NCBI GenBank assembly: GCA_050013255.1
Contig: JBEKFP010000001.1
Location: 1,184,001-1,248,000, forward strand
DNA from: Candidatus Bathyarchaeia archaeon
GTDB lineage: Archaea; Thermoproteota; Bathyarchaeia; 40CM-2-53-6
Length of the DNA stretch: 64,000 nt
Direction: 5' to 3'
Shown here: one piece after another, positions 19,698-29,891 of the stretch
How the letters are laid out: each line of letters begins with the position of its first letter
How positions within the stretch are numbered: position 1 is the stretch's first letter
The notes under the pieces: model-generated
Databases searched by the model: none
What the model was told of the DNA's origin: nothing
What the model saw: the letters and a program-made list of their open reading frames with translations, nothing else
Made by a program: the position numbers and the translations under genes

Positions 19698-21317
19698 TTG
19701 AGCATAATTCGGAACCTAGTGAAGCGGAATTTCCATAGAGATTCCGTTCAACTCCTTCACCTCTCCGAGGAGGCGAAGAAGATCGGTGGAGTCAAGGATG
19801 CGGCTGTTGTTATGGGCACAACGACAAACAAGGAAATACTGGCGAGGCTCGGCCTTCTGACCAAGGAAGGGGAAGCAGCATCAGATTCTGATATGATACT
19901 CGCCGTTGTTGCTGACTCCCAACCGAGAATAGATGAAGGCTTGCACCAAATCGAGGAAATGTTACTAAGGCCACCCGCCGCCAAAGGGCGTAGCTTCTAC
20001 AGTGTAGAAGCGGCTTTGCAGGCGATGCCTGGAGCTAACCTAGCGATTGTTTCAATTCCTGGGGAATTTGCCAGGGATGTCGTCCTCAAGTTGTTGGACA
20101 AGGGCATCAATGTTCACCTGTTCAGCGACCATGTCCCACCTCAGCATGAGCTGGAGCTGAAACAGTATGCGAAATCCAAGGGTTTGCTTGTCATGGGGCC
20201 TGGAGCCGGAACTTCGATCATCGGCGGCAAAGCGGTTGCCTTCGCTAATGTTGTCAAGAAAGGGAAAATTGGCATCGTTGCCGCGGCTGGTACAGGGCTC
20301 CAAGAGGTAAGCGTCCTACTCAGCGAGGCTGGCTTGGGAGTTTCAGTTGGGCTGGGAACGGGCGGTGGGGATGTCAAAACCAAGATTCGCGGACTAATGA
20401 TGCTCCAGTGCATTGACGCACTTGAACGCGACATAGGAACGAGCACAATCGTTGTTGTTTCCAAACCACCCGACAGCGATGTGAAGAAGAGTATACTCGG
20501 CCACATAGCGAACGACACTAAGAAAAAATATGTAACATGTTTCCTTGGCCCAGAGAACTATGAGATCCCTGCGACTGCGCGAGAACGTGTTAAGGGAACA
20601 AAAACGCTTCACGCAGCATTCGTAGAAGCTACTCGAACCTCGACCACTGACTCGCAGCAAGGCACTGCGAAACAATATACGTTTTCACGGAATGAATTAG
20701 CCGCTCTAACCGACAAAGCAGTAAAGGGATTGAGTGACAGGCAGAAGTACATCAGAGGTCTGTACACAGGCGGCACGCTCGCTTACGAGACCCTCATCAT
20801 CCTCGGCCGACTGCTTGGCCCCGTTTATTCCAATGCTCCTCTTGATCCCAAGCTGAAGTTGGCTGATTCCTATCGCAGTACAAGAGATGCCATAATAGAC
20901 CTAGGGGAGGAAGAATTCACTGCTGGCCGAGCACACCCAATGATAGACCCTACAATCCGAAACATTAGGCTCATGGAAGAGGCTAAAGATCCGGAAGTGG
21001 CTGTAATTCTAATGGACGTAATGCTGGGATTTGGATCCCATCCGGATCCCGCCGGTGCGATGCTGGGCGCGATCGAAGAGTCTGAGAAGATTGCTCAGGC
21101 GGACGGGAGAACAATGCCAATACTGGCGCACGTATGTGGAACTGAACAAGATCCACAACCTCTCTCAGACCAGGAGGCGAAGTTGAACAAAGCGGGTGTG
21201 CACCTATTTCCAACAAACGCAATGATGGCCATCGCTTCCGCAATGATCTCGAGAAGGGGAACATTGGACGAGCGGGCAATGGAAGATATATACTCGCATT
21301 TCCTTGTGAGCTTCTGA
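19698..21317 (+). CDS. fdrA: FdrA(AllF)/YahF-like acyl-CoA synthetase-family protein
   Basis: DSVQLL, MGTTTNK, LFSDHV, GTGLQEV, GTGGGD, GLYTGGTL, DLGEEEFT.GRAHPMIDP; TTG start chosen (ORF open from 19614). Confidence 0.9.
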   Translation: MSIIRNLVKRNFHRDSVQLLHLSEEAKKIGGVKDAAVVMGTTTNKEILARLGLLTKEGEAASDSDMILAVVADSQPRIDEGLHQIEEMLLRPPAAKGRSFYSVEAALQAMPGANLAIVSIPGEFARDVVLKLLDKGINVHLFSDHVPPQHELELKQYAKSKGLLVMGPGAGTSIIGGKAVAFANVVKKGKIGIVAAAGTGLQEVSVLLSEAGLGVSVGLGTGGGDVKTKIRGLMMLQCIDALERDIGTSTIVVVSKPPDSDVKKSILGHIANDTKKKYVTCFLGPENYEIPATARERVKGTKTLHAAFVEATRTSTTDSQQGTAKQYTFSRNELAALTDKAVKGLSDRQKYIRGLYTGGTLAYETLIILGRLLGPVYSNAPLDPKLKLADSYRSTRDAIIDLGEEEFTAGRAHPMIDPTIRNIRLMEEAKDPEVAVILMDVMLGFGSHPDPAGAMLGAIEESEKIAQADGRTMPILAHVCGTEQDPQPLSDQEAKLNKAGVHLFPTNAMMAIASAMISRRGTLDERAMEDIYSHFLVSF

Positions 21318-21330
21318 TGAAGTGAGAGGA

Positions 21331-21504
21331 ATGAGTGAAAATATCCTACAGCTTTTCACTTCAGAGTTGAAGGTAATCAACATTGGGCTTGAGCTTTTCC
21401 GGGACGCGTTAGAGGCTCAAGGTGTCGACGTGGCACAAGTCTCGTGGCAGATGCCCATTAAACTTGAGAAAGAGTATGAGGACATTCTCTCGAAGATACT
21501 CTAA
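21331..21504 (+). CDS. Small FdrA-associated domain protein
   Basis: LKVINIGLELFRDALEAQGVDVAQVSW motif, normally fused to FdrA or YahG. Confidence 0.8.
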   Translation: MSENILQLFTSELKVINIGLELFRDALEAQGVDVAQVSWQMPIKLEKEYEDILSKIL

Positions 21505-21577
21505 CCTCTCTTCTTCGCCTCTTTTGTGATTTGCCGAATAATTGTCGTTAACCGGGTGGCGGGTCAATGGTTTCGCA

Positions 21578-22111
21578 TTAGTTGGATTGTTCGTTCTTCT
21601 TTTTTGTCTTCCTAGGTGGCTGGGGAACTGCGATTTCCTGTTCCTGCCTTTGCTCTTTCGCGTATTCGAGAATGGCTTCAATCATCTGCTTGTAGGTTCC
21701 ACAACGGCAGATGTGGCCGCTAAGGAATTCCCTGATCTCCCGTTCTGTTGGGTTCGGATTCCGCTTTAGAAGATATTGTGCGGTTAGTACGAAAGAAGGC
21801 GTGCAGAAACCGCATTGCATCGCCGCTTTTTCAACGAAAAGTTTCTGGAGACGGGAGAGTTGCCCTTCCGGTGCAAGCCCTTCAGCCGTCGTAACTTCTT
21901 TCCCTTTTGCCTCCAACGCCAGTACGAGGCATGACTTCACAGGTTTACCTTCGAGGAGAACCGTGCATAGGCCGCACTCTCCGCGCCAGCATCCGGCCTT
22001 AACGCTCTTCACTTCGGCTTTGTCGCGGATGAGGTCGAGCAGAAGGACGTTATCTTTCGTTTCAATTTTCTTGGGAACGCCGTTTATCTTGATGTCGATT
22101 ACTTGAGTCAA
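21578..22111 (-). CDS. Xanthine dehydrogenase/CoxS-family [2Fe-2S] subunit (copy 2)
   Basis: GCWRGECGLCTV, QCGFCTP, ICRCG. Confidence 0.95.
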   Translation of the reverse strand: MTQVIDIKINGVPKKIETKDNVLLLDLIRDKAEVKSVKAGCWRGECGLCTVLLEGKPVKSCLVLALEAKGKEVTTAEGLAPEGQLSRLQKLFVEKAAMQCGFCTPSFVLTAQYLLKRNPNPTEREIREFLSGHICRCGTYKQMIEAILEYAKEQRQEQEIAVPQPPRKTKKKNEQSN

Positions 22112-22116
22112 TCTTC

Positions 22117-23013
22117 CTACGCTCCAAGAACTCTACCGAGTGCCTCGATGGCCAGGACTTCTAGTATATGTGATCGGTACTCAGCCGTGCCTAGAACATC
22201 TGTCATCGGTTCGACAGTTTTCTTGATCACTTGCACAGCTTCGTCTATGAGTTGTGGAAGGGGCGCTTTTCGGTTGAAGGTCTTCTCAACCTCATAGACT
22301 CTGCTCGGTATTGGGGCAAGTGCGCCATAGGCGAATCGTACTATTCGATCTTCCGCGCGTGACGGGTTTGCGCACAAAGCTGCAACGTTTACCACGCTAA
22401 ACTCACTGTTCGAAGTATGTTTCAGGAATATGCTTCTTGCGTTGTCTGGTGGGGCTTTCAAATGGACAGCAACCGCGATCTCGTTCGGTTCTAGCGCGGT
22501 TTCCGCTAAACCTTTTATGAATTCCTTAATCGGAATCAGCCTTCTTCCCTTGACACTTGCCGCTTCGATTTCTGCGTCGAAGATCAGTAGTGGGGTTGGT
22601 GAGTCGACGAAGGGTAAGGCCTCGCATAGGTCGCCGAGGAGTGTGGAACGGTTTCTCAGGACGGGGTCGCTTAGTTCTGCGCCGCAGTCGTACATTGCTG
22701 TATACCTTTCCTGCAAGGGCCTCCAGTCTAGGAGCTGGCTTAGTGTGACCGTTGCCCCGATCGTTATTCCCTTCGGGCCTCCGTCGCTAAGTGTCTCGAG
22801 TTCTGGTATGCCTTTGATGTCCACGACGTATGAGGGGCTGACCAGGCGTTCCTTCATGAACGCGAGTAGGCCAACGCCACCTGCCATTACCTTAGCGTCG
22901 TCTTTGTGCTCGTCGAGCACTTGGAGTGCTTCCTGCAATGAAGCCGGTTTGAGATATTGAAAGTCAGGCAGGGTTAGGTAGGGTGAGCCAAATGACGTCT
23001 CAATTACCCCCAC
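22117..23013 (-). CDS. Xanthine dehydrogenase/CoxM-family FAD subunit (copy 2)
   Basis: FQYLKPASL, AGGVGL, IGATVT, RNRSTLLGD, AEYR. Confidence 0.93.
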   Translation of the reverse strand: MGVIETSFGSPYLTLPDFQYLKPASLQEALQVLDEHKDDAKVMAGGVGLLAFMKERLVSPSYVVDIKGIPELETLSDGGPKGITIGATVTLSQLLDWRPLQERYTAMYDCGAELSDPVLRNRSTLLGDLCEALPFVDSPTPLLIFDAEIEAASVKGRRLIPIKEFIKGLAETALEPNEIAVAVHLKAPPDNARSIFLKHTSNSEFSVVNVAALCANPSRAEDRIVRFAYGALAPIPSRVYEVEKTFNRKAPLPQLIDEAVQVIKKTVEPMTDVLGTAEYRSHILEVLAIEALGRVLGA

Positions 23014-25375
23014 TCATCTTCAAGCGGTTTTTCGCTTCCTCGATGAGTTCAGGCCTTTGTTGTTGGATTGCTCTCCAAACGTTCTCGGGTGACATCGGCA
23101 ATTTCGTAATCTGGACTCCAATTGCATGAAAGATAGCGTTGGCAATCGCTGGGGCAACACCAATCATAACAAGTTCACCTATGCCCCTAGCACCGTGAGG
23201 GCCGTCTTTCTGTGGAGTCTCAATAAGAATTCCGTCGATCTCACTAGGTACTTCTTTGGCTCTGAGTATCTTGTAGTTAGATAAATTCGGGTTCAGAACC
23301 CAACCTTGTTCGTCGAAGAGAATTTCTTCGTGAAGTGCAACGCTCTGTCCCATGATGAAGCCGCCATCAATTTGACCCTTCAATAGGAGTGGGTTGATCG
23401 CTTTGCCGACATCATAGGCCTGAGACGCCTTGATGATTTCAATGTCCCCCGTCAAGACATCAACTTCTACTTCGACGCCGGTACCACCGAACGTGTGGAA
23501 GATTGTGGGGACTCCCTGGCCCGTGTCGGGGTCAAGATAGGTCGTTAATGCTGACATGAATTTGCCCCGGCCTATGATTGGCCCTCCAATCGAACGTCCG
23601 TCTGGATATGTGTACCCAAACACAACCTCGCTGAGTTGTAGCCCGTGCCACGGAACACCGCTCACAAAGACCCTTTCGTCTGCTATCTCAAGCTCTTCGG
23701 GCCGCACTTTGAGGACTTGGGCTGCAACTTCCCTTATCTGATCCTTAGCATCCTTGGCCGCATCTATCAACGCGGCGCCATCAGTGAAAAGCCCGCGGCT
23801 ACCCACCGTCTGCCATGTGTAAGCCGACGTATCCGTGCTACGTACAAGCCCGACGTGAACCTTATCGAATGGTATACCCAATTCATCGGCGACGAGTTGG
23901 CAGAGCCCCGTAGGGGTGCCTTGGCCGAATGATCCAGTTCCGATTAGGAGATCGACTGAAACATCTTCATTGAACTTTATGATCGCAGAGGCAGCAGCGT
24001 TTGGTGGTTGTGCTGGACCCTTGAGGCAGAGTGCCATACCCTTCCCCCTGAATCTGCCTGGACGTGTGGGCTTCTGGGAGGGGAGCCCCCAACCGATTGA
24101 TTTGGCAACAGACTTTGCAACGCTCACAGGGTCTCCAGCGTCTTCGCGGAGTCGCTCTCCTGTTCCTGTTTCCGAGATTCCTGGTTTCAGTAAATTCTTC
24201 AATCTGATTTCGACTGGGTCGAGCTTTAATTTTTCAGCCGCCATATCCATGACGCGTTCCAGCGCCCAGTGGCTCTCTGGGTAGCCGAATCCTCTCATCG
24301 CACTTGTGGGGACTTTTGTTGTGTAAACTGCGAGCGACTCGCATTGGATGTTCGGGACCTCGTAGCATCCTTCGGAAGAATATCCGGCGGCTCGGCAGAC
24401 GTTCACTGTGTAGTCTGCGTAGCCGCCCGCGTCCATGACGAAGCGAGCTTTGTACGCGAACAGTTTCCCATCTTTCTTGAACCCCGCCTTAACAGATGCG
24501 TGAAATCCTTCTCTTACAGGTGCAGAGCAGAATTGTTCCTTTCTCGACAGGACGAGCTTAACGGGCTTGTAGCCTGCCTTCTTGGATAACAGTGCAACTA
24601 GCGGCTCCCACCCGATTCCAACTTTGCCCCCGAAGCCTCCTCCGCACAGAGGGGCCTTGATGATCACCTTGTTGACTGGAATCCCAAGCGAGAGAGCCAT
24701 CAGATAACGTGTGGAGAAGGGCGATTGGGTGCTCGTCCAAATCTCGACCGTTCCATCCTTCTTGTAATCGGCTATTATGGACTGTAGTTCCATGAAGCCG
24801 TGGCTTACATGTGGAATGTCGAATTCTCCTTCGATGATTACGTCTGCTTCTTGTAGGCCTCTCTCAGCGTCACCCCTCACCAGTTTGAATTGGTTCGCAA
24901 TGTTGGTGCCTGGGATAGGTTTGAAGGCGGGAGAGACTCGGTACTCTGACATCCTTTCATGTATTATCGGAGCATTGGGCTTCAGCGCCTCACCGGGGTC
25001 GAAGATGCCGGGTAACGGCTCATATTCCACTTCAACTTGATCGATACCGCGCTCAGCTGCTTCCAATGATTCTGCGATAACCGCGGCGACAGGATGGCCA
25101 ACCCACCGGACTTTGTCGACGGCGAGGACGTCTCTGTCGCCTACGTAAATGCCCAGCCTGTAAGGAAATTCGGCGCCCGTTGCAACAGCAACAACACCTG
25201 GCACGCTTTGGGCTTTGCTCGTGTCAACCTTGACGATTCTCGCATGTGCATGGGGGCTCGTTACCAGTTTGGCGTACAGCATTCCCGCGAGTTCGATGTC
25301 GAATGCGTAGGTTGCGGTTCCAGTGACTTTGAGGTAGGAATCATACTGAGGGATGGATTTTCCAATGTAACCCAT
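23000..25375 (-). CDS. Xanthine dehydrogenase-family molybdopterin subunit (copy 2)
   Basis: KVTG, GGGFGGK, SAMRGFG, GQG, TVGSR, GQIDGG, GARGIGE. Confidence 0.95.
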   Translation of the reverse strand: MGYIGKSIPQYDSYLKVTGTATYAFDIELAGMLYAKLVTSPHAHARIVKVDTSKAQSVPGVVAVATGAEFPYRLGIYVGDRDVLAVDKVRWVGHPVAAVIAESLEAAERGIDQVEVEYEPLPGIFDPGEALKPNAPIIHERMSEYRVSPAFKPIPGTNIANQFKLVRGDAERGLQEADVIIEGEFDIPHVSHGFMELQSIIADYKKDGTVEIWTSTQSPFSTRYLMALSLGIPVNKVIIKAPLCGGGFGGKVGIGWEPLVALLSKKAGYKPVKLVLSRKEQFCSAPVREGFHASVKAGFKKDGKLFAYKARFVMDAGGYADYTVNVCRAAGYSSEGCYEVPNIQCESLAVYTTKVPTSAMRGFGYPESHWALERVMDMAAEKLKLDPVEIRLKNLLKPGISETGTGERLREDAGDPVSVAKSVAKSIGWGLPSQKPTRPGRFRGKGMALCLKGPAQPPNAAASAIIKFNEDVSVDLLIGTGSFGQGTPTGLCQLVADELGIPFDKVHVGLVRSTDTSAYTWQTVGSRGLFTDGAALIDAAKDAKDQIREVAAQVLKVRPEELEIADERVFVSGVPWHGLQLSEVVFGYTYPDGRSIGGPIIGRGKFMSALTTYLDPDTGQGVPTIFHTFGGTGVEVEVDVLTGDIEIIKASQAYDVGKAINPLLLKGQIDGGFIMGQSVALHEEILFDEQGWVLNPNLSNYKILRAKEVPSEIDGILIETPQKDGPHGARGIGELVMIGVAPAIANAIFHAIGVQITKLPMSPENVWRAIQQQRPELIEEAKNRLKMSGGN

Positions 25376-25528
25376 TTTCTAGGCCTCTCAATTTCGGTAG
25401 TTCAATACGATGCGTTGAGTTCTCGCTTTAACCGTATCGTACCTGAAGGACATTCAGGACCGGGTGTCTGTCTGTTTTGAACGTTACCTAACTATATGAA
25501 ACTCTCCTTCGAAGAATGCGCCCTCTTA

Positions 25529-26002
25529 CTAGTGTGGATTAATCTTTGAAGCGTCTAATATTGCGTTAATGATTTGCCGGTAGCCCGTGCATCTACAGAG
25601 GATTCCCTCAACGGATTCTACGACTTCTTCGCGGGTGGGTGACGGGTTTCTTTTGAGTAGAGCTGTTGCGACGAGGACTGCTGCCGGCGTGCAGAAACCG
25701 CATTGAAGTGCTCCATGCTCGATGAACTTCGTTTGAAGAGTGGAAAGGGCGCCTTCTTTGGTAATGCCTTCGATTGTTGTTATTTTGTGTGCGTTCGCTT
25801 CGACAGCAAGTACAAGACAGGATTTCACGGGCTCGTCATCAAGAAGGATTGTGCAAAGGCCACAATCACCACGTTCACACGCAGGTTTGGCGCCAGTTAA
25901 TCCAAGTTTGTGTCGCAGGATCCAAAGCAAGGTCTTGTTGGCGTCAGTTTCGATGGTGTGTCGTTTTCCGTTCACTGTCAGCTCAATCAAATGTTTCGTC
26001 AA
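25529..26002 (-). CDS. Xanthine dehydrogenase/CoxS-family [2Fe-2S] subunit (copy 1)
   Basis: CERGDCGLCT, QCGFCTP, LCRCTGY. Confidence 0.95.
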   Translation of the reverse strand: MTKHLIELTVNGKRHTIETDANKTLLWILRHKLGLTGAKPACERGDCGLCTILLDDEPVKSCLVLAVEANAHKITTIEGITKEGALSTLQTKFIEHGALQCGFCTPAAVLVATALLKRNPSPTREEVVESVEGILCRCTGYRQIINAILDASKINPH

Positions 26003-26003
26003 C

Positions 26004-26867
26004 TCAGCTAGCCTCCCACAATTGCTTCACCAATCTCCTGGTCAGAACTTTCACTAGGTTGACGCGGTATTCCTTCCCAGCTCTCACGTCCGTAATTGGG
26101 GAGACGGCTTTCATTACGACTGGTATGGCCTCGTCAACAAGTTCGTCGACTGGCCTGTCTTTCCTGAAGATTTTTTCGGCTTCAAAAGCTCGAACCGGTG
26201 TGGGCGCTACTGAAGCGTACGCAAGCCTGATTTCCTTCCCAGACCCACCGGTAGGAGCCGCGAGCCCGCCCACTCCGACCACTGCCAAGTCCTCACCCAT
26301 CGTTCTTCGAGCCTTCATGTAGGCGCTGATTGATTTCTCAGGAGGTATGGGAAGATCGATGGAAGTAACTAGCTCGTTACCGGCAAGGATGTTCTTCTTC
26401 ACGCCGGTAAAGAATTGATGAATTGGGACCTTCTTTGTGCCATCTTGCGTTGAGATGTTCACCGTTGCATTGAGAACCAAGAGGGCTGGCGCTGTGTCTG
26501 CTGCGGGGGAGGCATTGCAAATATTTCCGACCAAAGTTGCTCGGTTTCGAACCTGAAAGTCTCCGATGGTGCTCGCAGCTTCTCTCAGAATTGGGTAGTT
26601 CTTTGAGACCGCGTCATGACGAATTAGCCGATTCAGCGTCACACCGGCCCCGACCGTAAGCCCGGACTTATCGTTGAATGATAGGTTTTGAAGTTCTTTG
26701 ACTCTTTTGATGTCGATTAGGTATTTTGCGGGTTCCTGTCCGCCCCTTAGGCTGACTAGTAGGTCCGTCCCACCAGCTAGAGGTCTTGCATCCTTTCCGT
26801 ACTTGTCTAAGAGTGAGAATGTTTCTTGGAGGCTTTCAGGGCCGAAGTAGTCGAACTTTGGGAGCAT
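26004..26867 (-). CDS. Xanthine dehydrogenase/CoxM-family FAD subunit (copy 1)
   Basis: AGGTDL, QVRNRATLVGNICNASPAAD; ATG at 26867 after AGGTGA. Confidence 0.95.
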   Translation of the reverse strand: MLPKFDYFGPESLQETFSLLDKYGKDARPLAGGTDLLVSLRGGQEPAKYLIDIKRVKELQNLSFNDKSGLTVGAGVTLNRLIRHDAVSKNYPILREAASTIGDFQVRNRATLVGNICNASPAADTAPALLVLNATVNISTQDGTKKVPIHQFFTGVKKNILAGNELVTSIDLPIPPEKSISAYMKARRTMGEDLAVVGVGGLAAPTGGSGKEIRLAYASVAPTPVRAFEAEKIFRKDRPVDELVDEAIPVVMKAVSPITDVRAGKEYRVNLVKVLTRRLVKQLWEAS

Positions 26868-26872
26868 GCATG

Positions 26873-29221
26873 TCACCTGTTTCTTGTGAGCAGTTCCGGC
26901 TTCTGTTTCTTGATTGCAGCCCACACCCGTTCCTGCCTCATCGGAAGGTCGAACAGCTGCACTCCCGAGGCATCGAAAACGGCGTTCGCAATTGCCGGAG
27001 GTATCGAGAGCATTGTAAGCTCTCCGATGCCTCTCGCGCCGTACGGGCCATCGGATTGTGGATTCTCGATTAATGTGACAACGTGTTCTTCAGGCATGTC
27101 TGAGGCTCTGGCAATTTTGTAATCGGTGAAATTGCTATTGAGCATCGCTCCGGCTTCGTTGTAGACGTAACCCTCCATCAACCCGATGCTCAACGATTGG
27201 AGCATCCCCCCGTACACCTGCCCCAGTACAAGGAGGGGGTTGATGGTTTTCCCTATGTCGAATGCTGAGGCGACTTTGAGAACTTCGATTTCTCCAGTGT
27301 CCGGATCGAGTTTAATCTTGACTCCCTGCGCCCCGAAAGTCCACTTCAATGCCGGAAATCCTTGGCCCGTCTCAGGGTCCAAGTAGGTTAGCCCGCGCGG
27401 AACGTATGAGCCACGCCCGATGACGGGGCCGCCTATTGCCGAACCATTAGGGTATGTGTAACCCATAGCGAATTGTTGAATGGGTATCCCTTTGTCGGGT
27501 TGCCCTCGTGGAAAGACCATTTCGTTTTCGAGGATTAGTTCCGATTTGGAAACCCTGAGGGCTTGTGATGCCATGTCGATGATCTGTTCTTTCGCATCCC
27601 GTGCAGCACTGATTACTGCCTTCCCTTCCATGAAGAGGTTCCTACTTGCGACTGTCTGCCATGAGTAAGGTGTCAGGTCTGTGATTCTCTCTGGGACGAC
27701 ACGGATTTTCTCAATTGGTAAGCCTAATTCTTCAGCAGCCATCTGCGCCAGACTGGTTGTCGTCCCCTGGCCGATTTCAGTTACACCAACGGCCAGGCTG
27801 GCGCTTCCATCTTCATTGAACTTTATGATGGCAGATGAGCCTGCATTCGGCGGCATCGCTGGGGCTTTCCAAAGGGCCGCGATACCCATTCCGTATAGCT
27901 TGCCGTCTGCGGCAGGCGGTTGTTTTCCTCCCCACCCAAGTTTTTCCGCAACCGTTCTGATGCACTGATCCACTCTCCCAGCGTCTTCCCTAAGCTTCTC
28001 GCCTGTAGCTGTAATCGAGCCTGGTCGGAGAGCATTTCGTAGCCGAATTTCAACCGCGTCGATGCCAAGCTTGTTGGCGAGGATGTCCATCTGACGTTCT
28101 ATTGCCCACAAGAACTCGAGATGGCCGAAGCCTCGGAATGCTGTTCCATATGGGTGGTTCGTGTAGACGGTAATTGAGTCGCAGTGAATGTTCGGAACTT
28201 CGTATGGGCCGGTGCAGGCGTATCCGGCAGCGCGGCCAATGTTGACGCCATAGTCCGCATAAGCACCAGCATCGTACACGTACTTTATTTGTTCCGCGAC
28301 GATTTTGCCTTTTGCGTCAACCCCTGTCTTGATCCATCCGTAGAATCCTTGCCTGAGTGGAGCGGTTGTAAGTTCTTCCTCTCGAGTCAAGGAGAGTTTG
28401 ACTGGGCGTCCTTCGGAAAACTTGGATAGCAAAACTACTAGGGGCTCAAAGTTGATGCCCGCCTTACCTCCGAAACCTCCGCCGACATGGGGTACGTGAA
28501 CGTTGATTTTTTGGAGTGGAATTCCAAGCGCGTGGCTCAGTATGTACCTAACCGCGAAAGGTGATTGGGCGCAGGTCCAGACCTCGGCGCTTCCGTCTTG
28601 GAAGTACTGGGCTATGCATGCGCGCGGTTCCATGGCCGCATGGCTTACTTGTGGCATTGAGAATTCGTTCTCAACGACAACGGTTGCGTTTTCGAAACCT
28701 GACTTGATATCGCCTTTGCGCACTTTAAAGATGTTCGCAATGTTTGTTCCGGGAATAGGGGTGAAGACAGGGGAGTGTTCGTATTGAGCCAAGTTTTCGT
28801 GAACTAGCGGTGAACCTGGCTTCAGAGCCTCGTTCACATCAAAAACAGGCGGCAGTGGTTCATATTTCACATCGATGAGGTCGATTGCTTCCTCAGCTGC
28901 TTCCTCACTTTCAGCCGCAACGGCTGCGACTGGCTCCCCGGCCCACCTGACCTTGTCTTTCGCCAGAACCATCTTATCACGTACGTACAAGCCCATTCTG
29001 TAAGGGAAGGCTTGACCTGTAATGGCGGCTTCAACACCTGGATATTTTTCCGCCTTCTTCACGTCGATGCTAAGAATGCGAGCGTGTGCATGTGGGCTCC
29101 GGAGGAACTTGGCGTACAGCATGCCCGAGACTTCTAAGTCCGCAACAAACTTCGTCGTTCCAGTAACTTTCTCGAACGCATCGACACGGGGTATGCTCTT
29201 GCCAACGTACTTGTAACTCAA
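26873..29221 (-). CDS. Xanthine dehydrogenase-family molybdopterin subunit (copy 1)
   Basis: VGKSIPRVDAFEKVTG, GGGFGGK, TAFRGFG, EIGQG, TVASR, GARGIGE; TTG start chosen (ORF open from 29281). Confidence 0.95.
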   Translation of the reverse strand: MSYKYVGKSIPRVDAFEKVTGTTKFVADLEVSGMLYAKFLRSPHAHARILSIDVKKAEKYPGVEAAITGQAFPYRMGLYVRDKMVLAKDKVRWAGEPVAAVAAESEEAAEEAIDLIDVKYEPLPPVFDVNEALKPGSPLVHENLAQYEHSPVFTPIPGTNIANIFKVRKGDIKSGFENATVVVENEFSMPQVSHAAMEPRACIAQYFQDGSAEVWTCAQSPFAVRYILSHALGIPLQKINVHVPHVGGGFGGKAGINFEPLVVLLSKFSEGRPVKLSLTREEELTTAPLRQGFYGWIKTGVDAKGKIVAEQIKYVYDAGAYADYGVNIGRAAGYACTGPYEVPNIHCDSITVYTNHPYGTAFRGFGHLEFLWAIERQMDILANKLGIDAVEIRLRNALRPGSITATGEKLREDAGRVDQCIRTVAEKLGWGGKQPPAADGKLYGMGIAALWKAPAMPPNAGSSAIIKFNEDGSASLAVGVTEIGQGTTTSLAQMAAEELGLPIEKIRVVPERITDLTPYSWQTVASRNLFMEGKAVISAARDAKEQIIDMASQALRVSKSELILENEMVFPRGQPDKGIPIQQFAMGYTYPNGSAIGGPVIGRGSYVPRGLTYLDPETGQGFPALKWTFGAQGVKIKLDPDTGEIEVLKVASAFDIGKTINPLLVLGQVYGGMLQSLSIGLMEGYVYNEAGAMLNSNFTDYKIARASDMPEEHVVTLIENPQSDGPYGARGIGELTMLSIPPAIANAVFDASGVQLFDLPMRQERVWAAIKKQKPELLTRNR

Positions 29222-29287
29222 ATCTCGCACGCAGAAAGGTTCACGCTTATCCAAAGCCTTGTGCTTGGCGTAGACACTCAAGCTCGC

Positions 29288-29728
29288 CTATTGAGCAACC
29301 TTCTGGCTGACGCAATCGAGGGTCTGAGTGATGATTTTTTGGGCTGCGTTCTCGAGTAGGCCTTTAGCGATGCTTCCTAGGGGGCCACTTATCGTGGCGT
29401 CCGCAGCCCAACTCAATTCTGTGCCTTCAGGGACTGGGTTGCAGTTGATTGAAATCTCTGCTTTGAATGCGCTCGTTACGCCGGAACCATCCACCAGCAG
29501 TTTCGCATGATGATTTACAGGGTCTTCCTCCGTCACTCTACTGTTAACTCTGAACGATCCTTTGATGAATCCAATGCCTATCTTCGTTTTTGCCTCGATC
29601 TTTTTTCCCTCAGTTATCTTGTACTCCTCGACTCCGGGTAGGCACTGAGCGATTGATTCAGGCGTCGAAATGAAATTCCATAACTTTTCGACAGGGGCCT
29701 TTACAACCGCTTTCGATTCAAAATGCAA
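29288..29728 (-). CDS. CoxG/SRPBCC-family accessory protein
   Basis: APVEKLWNF...CLPG, IGIGFIKGSF, ISGPLGS. Confidence 0.88.
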   Translation of the reverse strand: MHFESKAVVKAPVEKLWNFISTPESIAQCLPGVEEYKITEGKKIEAKTKIGIGFIKGSFRVNSRVTEEDPVNHHAKLLVDGSGVTSAFKAEISINCNPVPEGTELSWAADATISGPLGSIAKGLLENAAQKIITQTLDCVSQKVAQ

Positions 29729-29891
29729 GAAGGAAACACGAACTTCGACTCGCCTAAGCGGCTATATTGCTGTGCTGTTCCAATCCTAAGGGTAAGAATA
29801 GCTTCACGCAGTGGATTCTATTACCGCTAAGCGCGGTACTTACACAGTTCTTATAAAATCCTGAACAAGAGCGTACAATCGATGATGAAGA

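Noticed and set aside
23000-29221. Aerobic CO dehydrogenase call
   Set aside because: Neither large subunit has the CODH active-site loop
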